A stretch of DNA of 64,000 nucleotides, from positions 83,638,001 through 83,702,000 of the forward strand of contig NC_135810.1 of assembly GCF_964213995.1 (NCBI RefSeq). Direction: 5' to 3'. The notes under the pieces were generated by a model. It was not told where the DNA came from. It saw nothing but the letters and a program-made list of their open reading frames with translations, and did not search any database. Shown here in pieces: positions 63,016 to 64,000 of this stretch. How positions within the stretch are numbered: the first letter of the stretch is position 1; each line of letters begins with the position of its first letter. Both the position numbers and the translations under genes were made by a program. Origin of the DNA: Mustelus asterias (Eukaryota).

Positions 63016-63931
63016 AAGTATGTTTGTACGTATGTAGATATCTGTATATTTTTTAAAAATAGAATGAAAAGTAAAAATTGAGGAGCTTGCTATCTATTAA
63101 GCAATGGTTAATGTAAGAAAGTAGCCTTCTAAAATATAAATTCTAGTCCTTAAAATATTTAAAAAATTAAACTCCATATTTTACATTGTTTTGAAGAATA
63201 GGTGGTGATGAATGCTACGTGAGCAAGTGAGCTAGCTGAGTGGGCAGCCCATGGGGTATAGTCAGCAATGTGATATCATTTGAGCCTGCAGTGACTGTTG
63301 CAGGCATTTCACCAGAGTGTTGTTGTTTTATGAAGACAGAAGAGCTTTAGTATTCCTATCAGACTAGCCAGTAAAATTGACATTCCTATTTGAAGCATTT
63401 ATATAAAGCCAACCAACCGGCTGCTTAATTGTCAACAACAGCTTACATTAAAGGCACTATATAAATATATTAAAACATTCCAAGGCCCTTCACAGGGGCA
63501 CTATAAAAGAAAATATAGCACCAAGCCACGTAAGGAGATGTTGAGTCAGATGACAGGCTTCCTGAAATTCCCCAATCTCCGAGAATGATGGTGATGTCAA
63601 GTGTATGCAGTACAGAACTCTATACCTGCAAGGTAATTTTTTTAAAAATCCTTTACTAGATTATTTACTCAACAATATATTTGGGAATACTTGATCCTGA
63701 GTGTGTTAGCCTGAAACATTCTGAACTATTTAAAAAGAAACATTTGTATTGATTGTCAGTTTTAAACTATTTCCAGCCTTTCTCATTTAAGCATTGCCCA
63801 AAAAAATGAGTATCTTCTCTGTCGCTAAATGTTTCTACCTCTATCTTAATTTGATCTTCTATTCTAACGTAATGCAAAATACATTGGGATCAATTGTGAA
63901 TATACTTTCTCATTGTTTTCTGTACTTACAG

Positions 63932-63982
63932 GGAGATGATATTCCTTGGGTACACTGTAATGTAGTGTTTTCCTCCTTGTGA
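63932..63982 (+). CDS. Possible exon beginning GDDIPW (ends at a weak donor after 63949 or reads to TGA at 63980-63982)
   Basis: Strong acceptor ttctcattgttttctgtacttacag|G. 3' boundary uncertain, near the window edge. Confidence 0.3.
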   Translation, partial: GDDIPWVHCNVVFSSL

Positions 63983-64000
63983 ATATAATTTCGGCATTCC

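Overview
Eukaryotic, almost certainly cartilaginous-fish (shark) genomic DNA: HE1 SINEs and HER1/CR1-type LINEs are abundant. There are no operons, CRISPR arrays or rRNA genes. Most of the window looks like intron sequence of an unidentified + strand gene with small exons; the best-supported are 7947-7982, 15578-15657 and 37609-37754. It is packed with CR1, L2, Rex1/Babar, Vingi, RTE and Penelope-like retroelements, tRNA-SINEs and short TIR elements. The most striking feature is a decayed, intronless ~2 kb chimeric gene on the minus strand (3027->~1000). It joins a basic N-terminal segment, a DNAJC3/P58IPK-like tetratricopeptide array (no signal peptide, no J-domain) and the N-terminal coiled coil of nucleoprotein TPR. 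All homology calls come from my manual translation and recalled protein and repeat sequences, not from database searches. Repeat boundaries are approximate.
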